DNA of 64,000 nucleotides from Bacteriovoracia bacterium (GCA_046570105.1 JBKHVI010000001.1:32001-96000), one strand, 5' to 3'. Positions 37,386 through 47,148 are shown, numbered from the stretch's first letter. Notes: generated from the sequence alone by a model not told the origin. Translations and numbers: made by a program.

Positions 37386-40070
37386 CTATAACCGCTTTTC
37401 TTTCAATTCGAGGGCCGACAATTCCGTCCTGGCCATCTCCCTCACGTAAAGCGGGATCTCTTGTTTCTCTGAAAGGTTCCGAAGAACCGTTTTACCTTCA
37501 TCTAGTTTACCATTTCTTAGGAGCGAGAGACCTAACAAATACTCAATCCGGGCACTGTAAGGAGATTTTAAAAATTTCTCCCTGAAGTTTTTTACTAACC
37601 CTTCGATCTCACTCCACACTGGTTTTTCATCACCTACCAACGATTCAATCAGTAGGTAGTTTACTCGTTCCGCTACATTCAAGATCGATGCCGACTTTGA
37701 TTGTTGGATATCATTGGCCAAGGCTTTTACTACTGTTTTGAAACGCTCTTGATCTTTTAAATTATAGAGACTCTCGACATAACCCATCAGAAGTTCAGAC
37801 ATCTGACGTGGGGTAAGGCGGTTTTTTGGGTCTTGTTTGAGGAGAACTCGTTCAAATTGTTCGGCGGCTAAGCTCCAGTTACTACGTTGAAAAGCGATCA
37901 ATCCACTATAGTAGGAGTAGTTTACAGAGTCCCTAAGTGACACTGGATAAGAGGCCAACTTGGCCTCGGCCTGGGCCCATTCGCGCGAAGAAACGGCCTT
38001 TATGAGACTGAGTTCCTCTACCATATCTTTCAGAGGAAGATCTTTTGTACGATCTACCCAAAGTGGATATTCACGAACTTCTTCGCCACCCATCGCTTGT
38101 AGAATTTTATATGAGCGCTCGAAACTTTGGTAAAGACCGAGCTTGATGAAGCTGTCCGCGACAACGAAATTCATATAAGGATTGCCGGCGACACGCTTTT
38201 CAAATTTATCTTTGTAGGTTTCCCACATTTTGACCGCACGTGAGTAATCTTCTTTTAAGTACGCTTGCTGTATAACGCCAAAAACGATCTCTGCTCCATC
38301 TCCATCAAAAACACGACGTTCGGTTGGGCGAAGAGTATCAAGAGGAATAGATGCGAGATAAGCAAGGGCCTTATCGTATTCACGTTGATTCACAAAAGTT
38401 CTTAAACGTACCAACCATAATAGTTTTTTATGATCAGCCGTTAAGCTCTTTTTCTCATCTGATGATTGCTCAAGGAAAACTTCCACTTCTTTGTCTTCAT
38501 CACTGAGTTGTAGTTTTCTAGCCAGGCGCATTCCTACATAACGAAGTTTAGCTTCAAAACGAACTTCAGGGTAAGGGCTACGGTCGATAGCATTTTTATA
38601 AAGTACTAATGTCTCAGCAGCTGGCTTATCTAAGAGTTCGTAAGCAAGACCCATGCGCAAACGAGCCGAAGCAGCTTCTTTTAAATGTGCCCAGTCAGAT
38701 ACGAAGAGATCAAAAACGCGAATAGCTTCGGTGTATTCCGCTTCTCTGAAGAGTGCTTCGGCAGCGTTATAAAGAATACTTGGGTGAATCGGCTTCACTA
38801 AACTCTTTTCAATTGCTTTGAATCGCTTAACTAACTCGCCACTTTTCCCAGAGCCTAGTAACGCATAAGTGGAATAAGCCATTTCTGTCTGTGGAGGCAG
38901 CATAGAAGCCAATTTTTTATCTTTTAAGAATTCCGCGATTTTGTCATCTTGTCTGAGTCTTGCAAGGGCATTCAAGATGACATTTGATGCTTGGATAACC
39001 ATGTCATGGTCATACTGTCCGCGAGCTTCAACAAAAAGTCGCTTCGCTAAATCTAAACTCTTAAAATAGTCGCCACGATCTAAATGATATTGAAGTACAT
39101 AGCGGAATGCCGCTCGCTTCATTTCATAATCAGTTGTTCTTTCTAGGAGATTGCCAACCAGATTCATCGCAGAGGCCTGCAATGTGCGATCTTTCTTAGT
39201 AATGTTCGTCTTGAAAAGTGAATTAATGCGAATCCACTCATTCATATCGTAGTTCGAATCTTGGCCGTATTTCTTCTGATAAAGTGTGAGGGATTTATTC
39301 ATCAACCCCCACTTCTGCTCACGATAGAGATTAATGGTTAACTGCATATGAGCTTCTTTAGGATCATCTAAGAGCTCACGATCTTTAATCTCATATAAAG
39401 AATCCGGAATCTTGCTCTCTAACAAAATATCACGCTCTAGGGCCGGCAAAAGAGCAGGATAGTCCCAGATAAAAGCAGCACCGTAGCGGAAGTCTCGATA
39501 CTCAGGATTTAATTTTTTGGTAGCTGCTAGTGGAACAGGCACAACTTCAATTAAAGAGTTCTTAGGTGATTTTAGAGCGAGTGGAATTGATTTCTTCGTA
39601 GCGACAGGCTTTTTTTCTTCAACCGGCAACGGAAGAGGCTTTTTAAATGATGCCGCTTTTGATGGAAGTGAGTCAGCGTTTACCCAAAAATCCATAATCC
39701 ACTTACGGTCAACATCACGATAAAAACTAAAAAGCTCAACTGAAGCATCTTTTAGTGTGACCACAACTCGTGCAGGTTTACTGGGAAAACCCTCTTGGCT
39801 GTAGGACACATTTTCAATATAGCCCTGAGCTTTTTTCATTTTGACCATCTCGCCGGCCAATTGCTCAAACAAAGGAAGATTCAATGTCTCAAGAATGACT
39901 TGATTGTCATTCTTGGAAATACTGACCTGCTCTTTCGAGACGATCAGATTCCAACGAAGATGAGTTTTGAATGTTTCTTGATTAAAAACGTCGGAATACG
40001 CCGTCGATGACCATGCGGTCAAAAGAAGAATAATCGTGAGCCATCTTGGCAGCGCGAACATCTTAGTCAT
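37386..40070 (-). CDS. Large exported tetratricopeptide-repeat protein heading the flagellar operon
   Basis: Signal peptide from the ATG at 40070; helical TPR-like repeats. Confidence 0.75.
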   Translation of the reverse strand: MTKMFALPRWLTIILLLTAWSSTAYSDVFNQETFKTHLRWNLIVSKEQVSISKNDNQVILETLNLPLFEQLAGEMVKMKKAQGYIENVSYSQEGFPSKPARVVVTLKDASVELFSFYRDVDRKWIMDFWVNADSLPSKAASFKKPLPLPVEEKKPVATKKSIPLALKSPKNSLIEVVPVPLAATKKLNPEYRDFRYGAAFIWDYPALLPALERDILLESKIPDSLYEIKDRELLDDPKEAHMQLTINLYREQKWGLMNKSLTLYQKKYGQDSNYDMNEWIRINSLFKTNITKKDRTLQASAMNLVGNLLERTTDYEMKRAAFRYVLQYHLDRGDYFKSLDLAKRLFVEARGQYDHDMVIQASNVILNALARLRQDDKIAEFLKDKKLASMLPPQTEMAYSTYALLGSGKSGELVKRFKAIEKSLVKPIHPSILYNAAEALFREAEYTEAIRVFDLFVSDWAHLKEAASARLRMGLAYELLDKPAAETLVLYKNAIDRSPYPEVRFEAKLRYVGMRLARKLQLSDEDKEVEVFLEQSSDEKKSLTADHKKLLWLVRLRTFVNQREYDKALAYLASIPLDTLRPTERRVFDGDGAEIVFGVIQQAYLKEDYSRAVKMWETYKDKFEKRVAGNPYMNFVVADSFIKLGLYQSFERSYKILQAMGGEEVREYPLWVDRTKDLPLKDMVEELSLIKAVSSREWAQAEAKLASYPVSLRDSVNYSYYSGLIAFQRSNWSLAAEQFERVLLKQDPKNRLTPRQMSELLMGYVESLYNLKDQERFKTVVKALANDIQQSKSASILNVAERVNYLLIESLVGDEKPVWSEIEGLVKNFREKFLKSPYSARIEYLLGLSLLRNGKLDEGKTVLRNLSEKQEIPLYVREMARTELSALELKEKRL

Positions 40071-40179
40071 TAGTTCCTGTGGGGCGACCACCCATCCTAG
40101 GTGGAAACAACTCCCATGAGGCAATTTTATCCCATTTTTGATTTTGTGGTGGAAAAACTTACCTGCGGCAAAAATCTCC

Positions 40180-40195
40180 TGTCTAAAGATTGACA
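40180..40195. promoter_or_regulatory. TGTC-N8-GACA palindrome (FleQ/FlrA-box-like)
   Basis: TGTCTAAAGATTGACA upstream of the flagellar operon; similar site at 48689. Confidence 0.45.
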
Positions 40196-40273
40196 TTGAC
40201 CCCGTTCGCTTTCATTTACAAAGGTTTATCACTCCTTTTAAATTGTAGTTTGAGTTGTGAGAAGGATTCCCGC

Positions 40274-40768
40274 ATGTGCCGGCATGGCCGACAATTTCTC
40301 TTTGTTTTTATTCTGCTTTTAGCAGGATGCTCTTCGCTTGTTCCCAAAAAAGCTCCACCGGTAAAAGACAAAAATCTTCACATCGTTTTTCCTAATGATG
40401 ACTGGGGAATGATTGATGCTCGAACAAGCGATCATGCGTGGTCACACAAAAAACGTGGCGATGTCATCGTGCTAAATTCTTTTTGTGGCGAATTTCAATC
40501 GCTCCCCCTTGAGTCTTTGGCACTCAAAACTTTTCAAACATACCCAGGCTTTCAACCACTCGGAAAAAGAACTATCGATTGGTTTGAGCGTGAAGCCTTT
40601 GAAATGGAAGCTGAAGCACTGGTGGATGGAGTCAAAGTCCTCATTTATATGCGCAATTATCGGCGTAATCACTGCTACTATGACTTCGTCCTTATTACTC
40701 CACGCCAACGTGACCCGCAGACCTACCAGGCCTTCCGCGAACTCTTAAATGGCGTAAGGTTTAAATGA
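40274..40768 (+). CDS. Lipoprotein of the mla operon
   Basis: Lipobox LLAGC after the ATG at 40274; overlaps the mlaE start. Confidence 0.75.
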   Translation: MCRHGRQFLFVFILLLAGCSSLVPKKAPPVKDKNLHIVFPNDDWGMIDARTSDHAWSHKKRGDVIVLNSFCGEFQSLPLESLALKTFQTYPGFQPLGKRTIDWFEREAFEMEAEALVDGVKVLIYMRNYRRNHCYYDFVLITPRQRDPQTYQAFRELLNGVRFK

Positions 40769-41526
40769 TCACCAAAGCTAAAGATAATTTAGAATTTGTC
40801 GGCGAGATGATTGAACTCATCTGGCAAACGACCAAGGCCATCTTTAGCCGCCCCTTCTACTGGCATCGCCTGAACGAACAGATCATTGAACTGGGCTCTC
40901 GCTCACTTTCAATTACTCTCGTGATCGGCTTTGTGATGGGTCTGGTGATGACTCTGCAATTTGGATACGGACTCGCTAAGTTTGGCGGGACACTTTATGT
41001 GCCGGCGATTGTTTCTCTCTCACTTATCCGTGAGATGGCGCCAATTTTTACATCACTTCTTGTGGCAGGACGAATCGGTTCAGGTATTGCTGCTGAGATT
41101 GGTGCTATGAATGTGACTCAACAAATTGATGCCATCCGCGCGCTGGGCACTTCACCTATTCGTGTTTTAGTCGTGCCAAGAGTGGTGGCAGGAATCGTGA
41201 CTCTGCCTCTACTAGGAATCCTCGCCACTTTCATGGGAATCATCGGCGGCATGATTATCGCACGCACAGAATTTGATATGGCCTTTGGTTTTTATATCAA
41301 CAAAGTTCTTGCGACGATTCGTCTCCACGATGTCTTTAGCTGCTACATCAAGTGCGCCTTCTTCTCGGTAGTCATTACTCTGCTTGCTTGCTGGCGCGGT
41401 TTTCAAACCAAGGAAGGTACACGTGGCGTTGGTGAAGCGGCCACGTGGGTCGTGGTGCGTTCATCCATAGTGATTCTTATCTCTGACTTCTTTTTGAGCA
41501 AGGTACTTATCTTGCTCTTTGATTGA
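40765..41526 (+). CDS. mlaE: MlaE family ABC permease
   Basis: REMAP...AGRIGS..AAEIGAM..TQQIDA...GVGEAAT. Confidence 0.93.
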   Translation: MITKAKDNLEFVGEMIELIWQTTKAIFSRPFYWHRLNEQIIELGSRSLSITLVIGFVMGLVMTLQFGYGLAKFGGTLYVPAIVSLSLIREMAPIFTSLLVAGRIGSGIAAEIGAMNVTQQIDAIRALGTSPIRVLVVPRVVAGIVTLPLLGILATFMGIIGGMIIARTEFDMAFGFYINKVLATIRLHDVFSCYIKCAFFSVVITLLACWRGFQTKEGTRGVGEAATWVVVRSSIVILISDFFLSKVLILLFD

Positions 41527-41534
41527 GGCCAGCC

Positions 41535-42263
41535 ATGCAACAAATTTTACAAGTCAAAGACCTCAAAAAAAGTTTTGGCAGCAAGTCTGTCCACAACGGA
41601 GTTAATTTCGTCCTTCACAAAGGTGAAACAGTTGGGCTATTGGGCAACTCGGGCACAGGTAAAAGTGTTCTCTTGCGATGCTTGATCGGACTTGAAACGA
41701 TGGATGATGGTGAAGTCTGGTTTGAAAAAAAGCGCATTGATCTTCTTAATGAGGCACAGATTCTTAAAATCAGAACACGCATATCCTATGCCTTTCAAAG
41801 TGGCGCTCTCTTTGACTCACTCAGTGTCTATGACAATATCGCCTACCCTGTTCGTGAACATTTAAAAATGAATGAGACGGAAGAGTCTCATAAGGTACAT
41901 GAAATGCTTCGGCTCGTGCGTCTTGATGAATCAGCGAAACTTTTTCCGTCAGATCTCTCAGGTGGTATGCAAAAGCGCGCAGGCCTTGCCCGCGCCATGG
42001 TGCTTTCGCCTGATATTATTCTTTATGATGAACCAACAGCGGGTCTTGATCCCGATAACGTAGAAAACGTACTAGAGATCATGCGCACTTTTAAAAGTCG
42101 CGGAGTCGCAGGCATTTTTGTGACTCATGATATTCCAGCTGCCAAAAAAGTTTGTGATCGCTTGTTAATTATAGATCATGGGCAAATTGCCTTCAGTGGA
42201 TCAATTACAGAATTTGAAAATAGCACTAACCCATTTGTTAAACGCTTCCATACCACGGACTAA
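41535..42263 (+). CDS. mlaF: MlaF family ABC ATPase
   Basis: GNSGTGKS, FQSGALFDS, LSGGMQKR, YDEPT. Confidence 0.92.
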   Translation: MQQILQVKDLKKSFGSKSVHNGVNFVLHKGETVGLLGNSGTGKSVLLRCLIGLETMDDGEVWFEKKRIDLLNEAQILKIRTRISYAFQSGALFDSLSVYDNIAYPVREHLKMNETEESHKVHEMLRLVRLDESAKLFPSDLSGGMQKRAGLARAMVLSPDIILYDEPTAGLDPDNVENVLEIMRTFKSRGVAGIFVTHDIPAAKKVCDRLLIIDHGQIAFSGSITEFENSTNPFVKRFHTTD

Positions 42264-42272
42264 GAGGATTTT

Positions 42273-43067
42273 ATGCGCGCACAAGACAGATCAAATCTCG
42301 TTAAGGTCGGCATCTTTGTTACATCCTTAACTATCGTGCTAGCGATCATGATTACCGCCATCGGGAAAGAGTCCTCGATGTTTAGTCCTAAGGCGATCAT
42401 CAAAGCGCGCGTAATCAACGCAGAAAATCTCAAAGTCGGCTCTACCGTTGAGCTAAGAGGTCTTCGTATCGGCCATGTGGAAGAAATTAGAATTGTGGGC
42501 TACCAGTCTGTAGAAATTCTCATCAATATCATCGCTGAAAACTTGCGCTGGATTCGTAAAGACAGCAAAGTCGCTATCAGCAATGCTGGTTTGGTGGGTG
42601 ACAAGTATCTTGAGATTCAGGGAGGCACTGAGGAAGGCGGAGACTTTAACCCCGAGTCTGATGTACTGCTGTCAGAGCCTAGCCTCGACTTCAAAGCTAT
42701 TGCCACTAAAGGTGGCAACATTGCAGACAAAGCAGATCGCGTCCTCGACAAATTAGAATTGATGTTAGTAGCGATAGATGCCAAGAAACTTGCCGTGACC
42801 GTCGATGGACTCGCTAAGACTGCCGACAATCTTGGAAAAGCTACTGGCCCTTTAGTTGCAACTTCTAAAAAGCTCGAAAGTGCTTCAGAGCGCTTTGATG
42901 CTGTCATGACTCGTGTGCAGAAAGGCCCCGGCACCGCTCACTCGCTCGTTTATGACGATGGTCTTTACGAAGATCTGCGCAAACTGATGGGCGGTGCTGA
43001 ACGCAACTCCATTATCAAGTACTTCATCCGCGAATCAATTAAGAAGGCCCCGCCCAAAGAAGACTAA
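42273..43067 (+). CDS. mlaD: MlaD/MCE family substrate-binding protein
   Basis: LKVGSTVELRGLRIGHV, GLVGDKYLEI; helical extension. Confidence 0.92.
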   Translation: MRAQDRSNLVKVGIFVTSLTIVLAIMITAIGKESSMFSPKAIIKARVINAENLKVGSTVELRGLRIGHVEEIRIVGYQSVEILINIIAENLRWIRKDSKVAISNAGLVGDKYLEIQGGTEEGGDFNPESDVLLSEPSLDFKAIATKGGNIADKADRVLDKLELMLVAIDAKKLAVTVDGLAKTADNLGKATGPLVATSKKLESASERFDAVMTRVQKGPGTAHSLVYDDGLYEDLRKLMGGAERNSIIKYFIRESIKKAPPKED

Positions 43068-43097
43068 AAGGTGTCACTCACCTTTTGGCGCAAGCAT

Positions 43098-43397
43098 CTA
43101 CTTATCAAGAAGAAACTTCAAATATCCAAGTGATATCGACATCGAAGTGAGCGTCATGGTGAGCATCATGGCCCCTAGCTTGAGAGTTAGTCGAGTTTCG
43201 AGGTGATTCATTTTTTCATCGATTAATCGGACGTGCTGGTCAAAACGATCGTTCCATCTATCATCGAGAGATTTGAAATCGTCCTTAGTCGCCAAATTTT
43301 GAATTGAGTCGGACATAAGATTCACCGTCTCCTCAGCTTGCTTTCGAGTAAAACCCACCATCTCAAGTCTCTTAGTATACTTCAAATCACTGTACAT
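43098..43397 (-). CDS. DUF1640/CCDC90-like coiled-coil membrane protein
   Basis: LEMVGFTRKQAE...LATKDD...RLTLKLG + C-terminal TM. Confidence 0.8.
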   Translation of the reverse strand: MYSDLKYTKRLEMVGFTRKQAEETVNLMSDSIQNLATKDDFKSLDDRWNDRFDQHVRLIDEKMNHLETRLTLKLGAMMLTMTLTSMSISLGYLKFLLDK

Positions 43398-43425
43398 TTG
43401 TTACCTCCTGTTTTGGACAAGAGTG

Positions 43426-43441
43426 TGCAAGTGATTCGCCA
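43426..43441 (-). promoter_or_regulatory. Putative sigma54 promoter
   Basis: Minus strand TGGCGAATCACTTGCA = GG-N10-GC with TTGC. Confidence 0.55.
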
Positions 43442-43523
43442 CTTTGCTTTTCATCTAACTTCGCAATTTAATTATTAGCTTCAGAGTATCGCGAGAAAAA
43501 AAGTCTCTCGTTAGAAGAAAAAA

Positions 43524-44204
43524 TTACTCGCCTCTTTCTTGTACTAACCCCGACGAACCGAGCCACTGAAAGAAGGCAGCAACGGCTTCTTGATCTTCGG
43601 GTGCATGTTCCAACGCAAGCCCGAGGCCAAAAGGTAGCGCCTTTAAAACATCTTCTTCCCAACGTGTGAGTCGACGAAAATGCAACCCCGACTCTTTCAT
43701 CCAAAAAAGGATTCTTTGCGAAGCATGGTCACCAATTTCTTGTGTTTGATAAAGCTCCATCACTGGATATGAAAATTCCTGGATATCTAACGGGGCCAAC
43801 ACTAACTTCGTTTCTTCATCCATAGAAGGCAATGGCAGCACTTTGAGTCGTTCATGCGTCCAAGGATGAATCTCCATCGCCCATTCAAAGCGCGCGAGCT
43901 CGCACGTTGCCAAATCCTTTTCATTGCCCATTATGAATTGCAAAAAAACTTCACCGAAAAAATCCAACGAGCGTGGTGAGTGAGGTTTAGATTCCCAGAA
44001 ACTTGTCCATAAACTCTCCCACTTCTCCCCCATATGAATCTTGGTTTGGGGAAAAGTCTCTTCAATGGCTTCTCTAATTTTTGATTGGTGCTGATAGCGA
44101 TAATGCTCAAGCGCAATCTGTGCACTGGCACTCTTGGCCCCGATTAAATCAAGCGTTGGGTTCTCGCCTTTCATCCCGAGTTTAAATTGCTCAAACCAAT
44201 TCAT
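43524..44204 (-). CDS. DUF2063-type MNIO partner protein
   Basis: HYRY..IEETFP...PHSPRSLDFFGEVF...ELARFEW; coupled to the DUF692 gene. Confidence 0.8.
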   Translation of the reverse strand: MNWFEQFKLGMKGENPTLDLIGAKSASAQIALEHYRYQHQSKIREAIEETFPQTKIHMGEKWESLWTSFWESKPHSPRSLDFFGEVFLQFIMGNEKDLATCELARFEWAMEIHPWTHERLKVLPLPSMDEETKLVLAPLDIQEFSYPVMELYQTQEIGDHASQRILFWMKESGLHFRRLTRWEEDVLKALPFGLGLALEHAPEDQEAVAAFFQWLGSSGLVQERGE

Positions 44205-44995
44205 ACCGACCTCTGCAGTTTCAGTGCTTGATCAAGAATGGGTTTGACTTCATCGAAGTTGGGAATATCCGCATCCCACTCAATCATAAAGGGAATATCG
44301 TTTCTGCGCTTACAAGCCTCAGACCACAACTGCCAGGTTTTCTCATGAGGCGGCTTAGAATGGGTATCAATGACAAAATGCTCGCCTTCGCTGAAACCAG
44401 CTAAATGCACTTGGGCCACTTTAGTGAGATTAAGATGATTAAGCTCTTGAATGGGATCAATACCAAAGTTAATGGCATTGACGATCATATTATTCACATC
44501 GAGTAGAATCTGGCAGTCAGTGCGCCGACAGAGTTCTGCTAGAAATACATATTCAGTCATTTCATTTTTATTTGTTGTTATATAAGCGGAAAGATTCTCT
44601 AAGATAAGCGGACGCTTGAGTGTGTCCTGCCACTTGAGAACCTTCTTAGTAATTAATTTGAGATTTTCTTCTGTATAGGGAAACGGCAATAGGTCATGCC
44701 AATGATGACCGCCAAGAGAGGACCAGCAGAGATGATCCGAAATACGTTCTGGTTGAAATTCATCTGCAAAAACTTTGAGTTCTTGCAGATATTTTTTGTC
44801 ATGTTCTTCAGGTGCTGCCAGTGAGAGCGAAACTCCGTGAAATGAGAGCTCGTAATTCTCGCGCAGCTTACGCAGTGTTTGGCGACGAGTGCCTTTATCC
44901 CAAAGATAATTTTCGGTGATAATCTCAAGCCACCCGATCTCCGCGTGGCCTTCAATTAAGGCATCAAAAAATGGGGCCCGGAAACCGAGCCCCAT
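44201..44995 (-). CDS. DUF692 multinuclear non-heme iron oxidase (MNIO)
   Basis: GLGFR, EIITENY, HGVSLS, SDHLCW, LEN, LLDVNN, HLAG, IDTH, IEWD; likely start is the ATG at 44995. Confidence 0.93.
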   Translation of the reverse strand: MGLGFRAPFFDALIEGHAEIGWLEIITENYLWDKGTRRQTLRKLRENYELSFHGVSLSLAAPEEHDKKYLQELKVFADEFQPERISDHLCWSSLGGHHWHDLLPFPYTEENLKLITKKVLKWQDTLKRPLILENLSAYITTNKNEMTEYVFLAELCRRTDCQILLDVNNMIVNAINFGIDPIQELNHLNLTKVAQVHLAGFSEGEHFVIDTHSKPPHEKTWQLWSEACKRRNDIPFMIEWDADIPNFDEVKPILDQALKLQRSV

Positions 44996-45002
44996 GGTTT
45001 TA

Positions 45003-45263
45003 CTAGCCGCAGCCATTAGCGCCGCAACCGTTCTTTTCTTCTTTACCGTCTTTCTTCTTACCTTCAGCAGTTTTGCAAGCATTCTTGCCGTCTTTTGACT
45101 TGCACGAGTGCTTACCATCTTTTGATTTGCAAGAGTTCTTGCCTTGGCAACCAGCTTTCCCTTCTTCTGTTTTCTTTTCGTCATGGTTATGTGCCAAAGC
45201 ACCCTGACTTCCCAAAAGCATTCCCGCAACTGCCACTGACATTAACAACTTTGAATTTTTCAT
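45003..45263 (-). CDS. Secreted Cys/Lys-rich repeat peptide, putative MNIO RiPP precursor
   Basis: Signal peptide, three 9-aa K[NH][SA]CK repeats, C-terminal NGCGANGCG; directly upstream of DUF692. Confidence 0.85.
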   Translation of the reverse strand: MKNSKLLMSVAVAGMLLGSQGALAHNHDEKKTEEGKAGCQGKNSCKSKDGKHSCKSKDGKNACKTAEGKKKDGKEEKNGCGANGCG

Positions 45264-45338
45264 ATATATGCCCCTCCAGGCTTTGAGTCTTCTGACTCAA
45301 TGGTTTTCAGTTGATGTTTCTCGTGCTCAAATTGTGAC

Positions 45339-45932
45339 ATGAAATTCATTGAAGACAGCACATTTCGCCAGGCCTTCCTCAACTCAGAGCCACAAGCAGT
45401 AAACGCCTTTGTTGAGCACTTTGTGACAGTCCTCAATAAAATAGGTTTCGCCCAGGGGCTAAGTCGTGAAGAAGCCGAGGATGCTGTACAAGAATGTTTC
45501 AGTGTGTTTTTTCGCAAGCTGCCAGAAATACACGACAACGTAAAACTCTCCACTTTCCTCTTTGGCATCCATCTCAATAGTGTACGTGAGGCCCGTCGTC
45601 GCAGAGGCAAAGTAGAGTCTCATGGTGATCTCGCGGCCATTGAGCATCTCGTCTCTCAGCAATACGATGAAAAAGGACACTGGAAAACTGGAGTAGCACC
45701 TAAGCCTATTGATAAAGTGCTCGAAGACGAGGCCAATGCCAAACTGCAAGATTGTATCAAGGGACTTCCTGATAAGCACAAAGAAGCCATCTTTCTCACT
45801 TTAAGCGAAGACAGCGACGGCAAAGATCTCTGTCACATATTGGGTGTGAGTTACGCTAACTTTAGACAGCTCCTCACTCGCGCCCGACATGCTCTGCGCT
45901 TGTGCCTGGAAAATTATGTGGGAGAAGCGTAA
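45339..45932 (+). CDS. ECF sigma factor
   Basis: AEDAVQECF region 2; region 4 CIKGLP...LTRARHALRLCL. Confidence 0.9.
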   Translation: MKFIEDSTFRQAFLNSEPQAVNAFVEHFVTVLNKIGFAQGLSREEAEDAVQECFSVFFRKLPEIHDNVKLSTFLFGIHLNSVREARRRRGKVESHGDLAAIEHLVSQQYDEKGHWKTGVAPKPIDKVLEDEANAKLQDCIKGLPDKHKEAIFLTLSEDSDGKDLCHILGVSYANFRQLLTRARHALRLCLENYVGEA

Positions 45933-46162
45933 TGCTCACTTGCCGCCAAGTACCCGATGCGCTCGAGAAAGAACCTAAGACTCTCAAAGACAGAGTTCAA
46001 TTACGTTTTCATTTATTCATCTGTGCGCGCTGCCGTGCCCTTGAAGCGCAATATAAGGCTCTCTCCAGTGGTCTTAAACGTCTCATCGACACCGCACCAC
46101 CGGCCAATCCCGAATTGGTTAAAAAAGTGCTGGAAGATTTTAAAAATCAAAAGAAAGACTGA
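45932..46162 (+). CDS. Zinc-finger (zf-HC2/ZAS) anti-sigma factor
   Basis: MLTCR...HLFICARC; ATG overlaps the sigma stop codon. Confidence 0.88.
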   Translation: MLTCRQVPDALEKEPKTLKDRVQLRFHLFICARCRALEAQYKALSSGLKRLIDTAPPANPELVKKVLEDFKNQKKD

Positions 46163-46217
46163 TTTCAAGGCGTTGCGAATATTTCGATTAAACGCAACCC
46201 TGTGCTATAATCAATTC

Positions 46218-46589
46218 ATGTCAAAAAAGAAAAAATCCTCCAACTCCACATCCATTCCTCGCCAAGATCGTCTTGCATTGTTAGAAGCCCGCGTGAAAGC
46301 GATGACTAAAGAAATGCAAGCAATGCGGGAGAGAATGATGGAGATTGAACAACAGGCAAGTCTTGGTCACAACGTGATGCTGACCACCCAAGAAGCTGCT
46401 GAATATATCGGTAGCTCAAGACCTTATGTGATAAAGCTCATCGAGGAAGGCAAACTTCCTTGTGAAATGGTGGGCACGCATCGTCGCATAAGTATCGAGG
46501 CGCTTAATCGCTACAAAGAAGAGCGACGCGAACACAGGACAAAGGGTCTACTTGAATTACAAAAATTAGAGCAAGAACTCGGTATTTAG
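46218..46589 (+). CDS. Excisionase-like HTH protein (putative antitoxin)
   Basis: LTTQEAAEYIGSSRPYVIKLIEEGKLP...VGTHRRI; ATG at 46218 after TGCTATAAT. Confidence 0.85.
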   Translation: MSKKKKSSNSTSIPRQDRLALLEARVKAMTKEMQAMRERMMEIEQQASLGHNVMLTTQEAAEYIGSSRPYVIKLIEEGKLPCEMVGTHRRISIEALNRYKEERREHRTKGLLELQKLEQELGI

Positions 46590-46590
46590 T

Positions 46591-47148
46591 ATGAATAATC
46601 TAAAAGCGGTTATTGATACCAACGTGCTCTATAGCTCGATGGCGCGAGACATTCTGCTGTGGCTAGCAACCTATGACTTATTTCAACCCGTATGGTCTGA
46701 AAAAATTCTGCAAGAGCTCTACTTTGCGCTCAAAAAACTACCTAAAACTGAGCGCGTAAAACTCATCACTCGTCTTAAAGAAGTTTTTCCAGATGCTTTG
46801 ATCGAACAACTTCCAGAGACTGGCACAATCCACCTCCCCGACGAAGATGATCTTCATATCGTGGCCTGCGCGCTTGCCAGTAATGCAGCTACTATTATCA
46901 CTTTTAATCTCAAAGACTTTCCGGCGGATGAACTGGCACCTATTAAAGCCATTTCTCCAGATGATTTTTGTCTCAATTTACTTGAACAGAATGACTTGAT
47001 GGGCATCAAGGCGATAACTATCCACTGGAGAGGTTATCAAAATCCAAAAATTTCTTGGGAAGAATATACCGCGCGCTTGAATCGCGCGCGGTTACATAAA
47101 CTTAGTCGTAAATTGAAAAAACTAGACCTCAGTTCCGCCGGTCTCTAG
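46591..47148 (+). CDS. PIN domain protein (putative toxin)
   Basis: VIDTNVL, PDEDDLHI, ITFNLKDFP. Confidence 0.88.
   Translation: MNNLKAVIDTNVLYSSMARDILLWLATYDLFQPVWSEKILQELYFALKKLPKTERVKLITRLKEVFPDALIEQLPETGTIHLPDEDDLHIVACALASNAATIITFNLKDFPADELAPIKAISPDDFCLNLLEQNDLMGIKAITIHWRGYQNPKISWEEYTARLNRARLHKLSRKLKKLDLSSAGL

Noticed and set aside
40121..40134. Sigma54 promoter for the flagellar operon (TGGGATAAAATTGC)
   Set aside because: GG-to-GC spacing is 9 rather than the required 10.
44996..45229. N-terminal extension of the DUF692 ORF
   Set aside because: Overlaps the precursor gene in another frame; family similarity begins at MGLGFR (44995).
45957..46217. N-terminal extension of the HTH ORF
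   Set aside because: Overlaps the anti-sigma gene; promoter and ATG at 46218 are more plausible.
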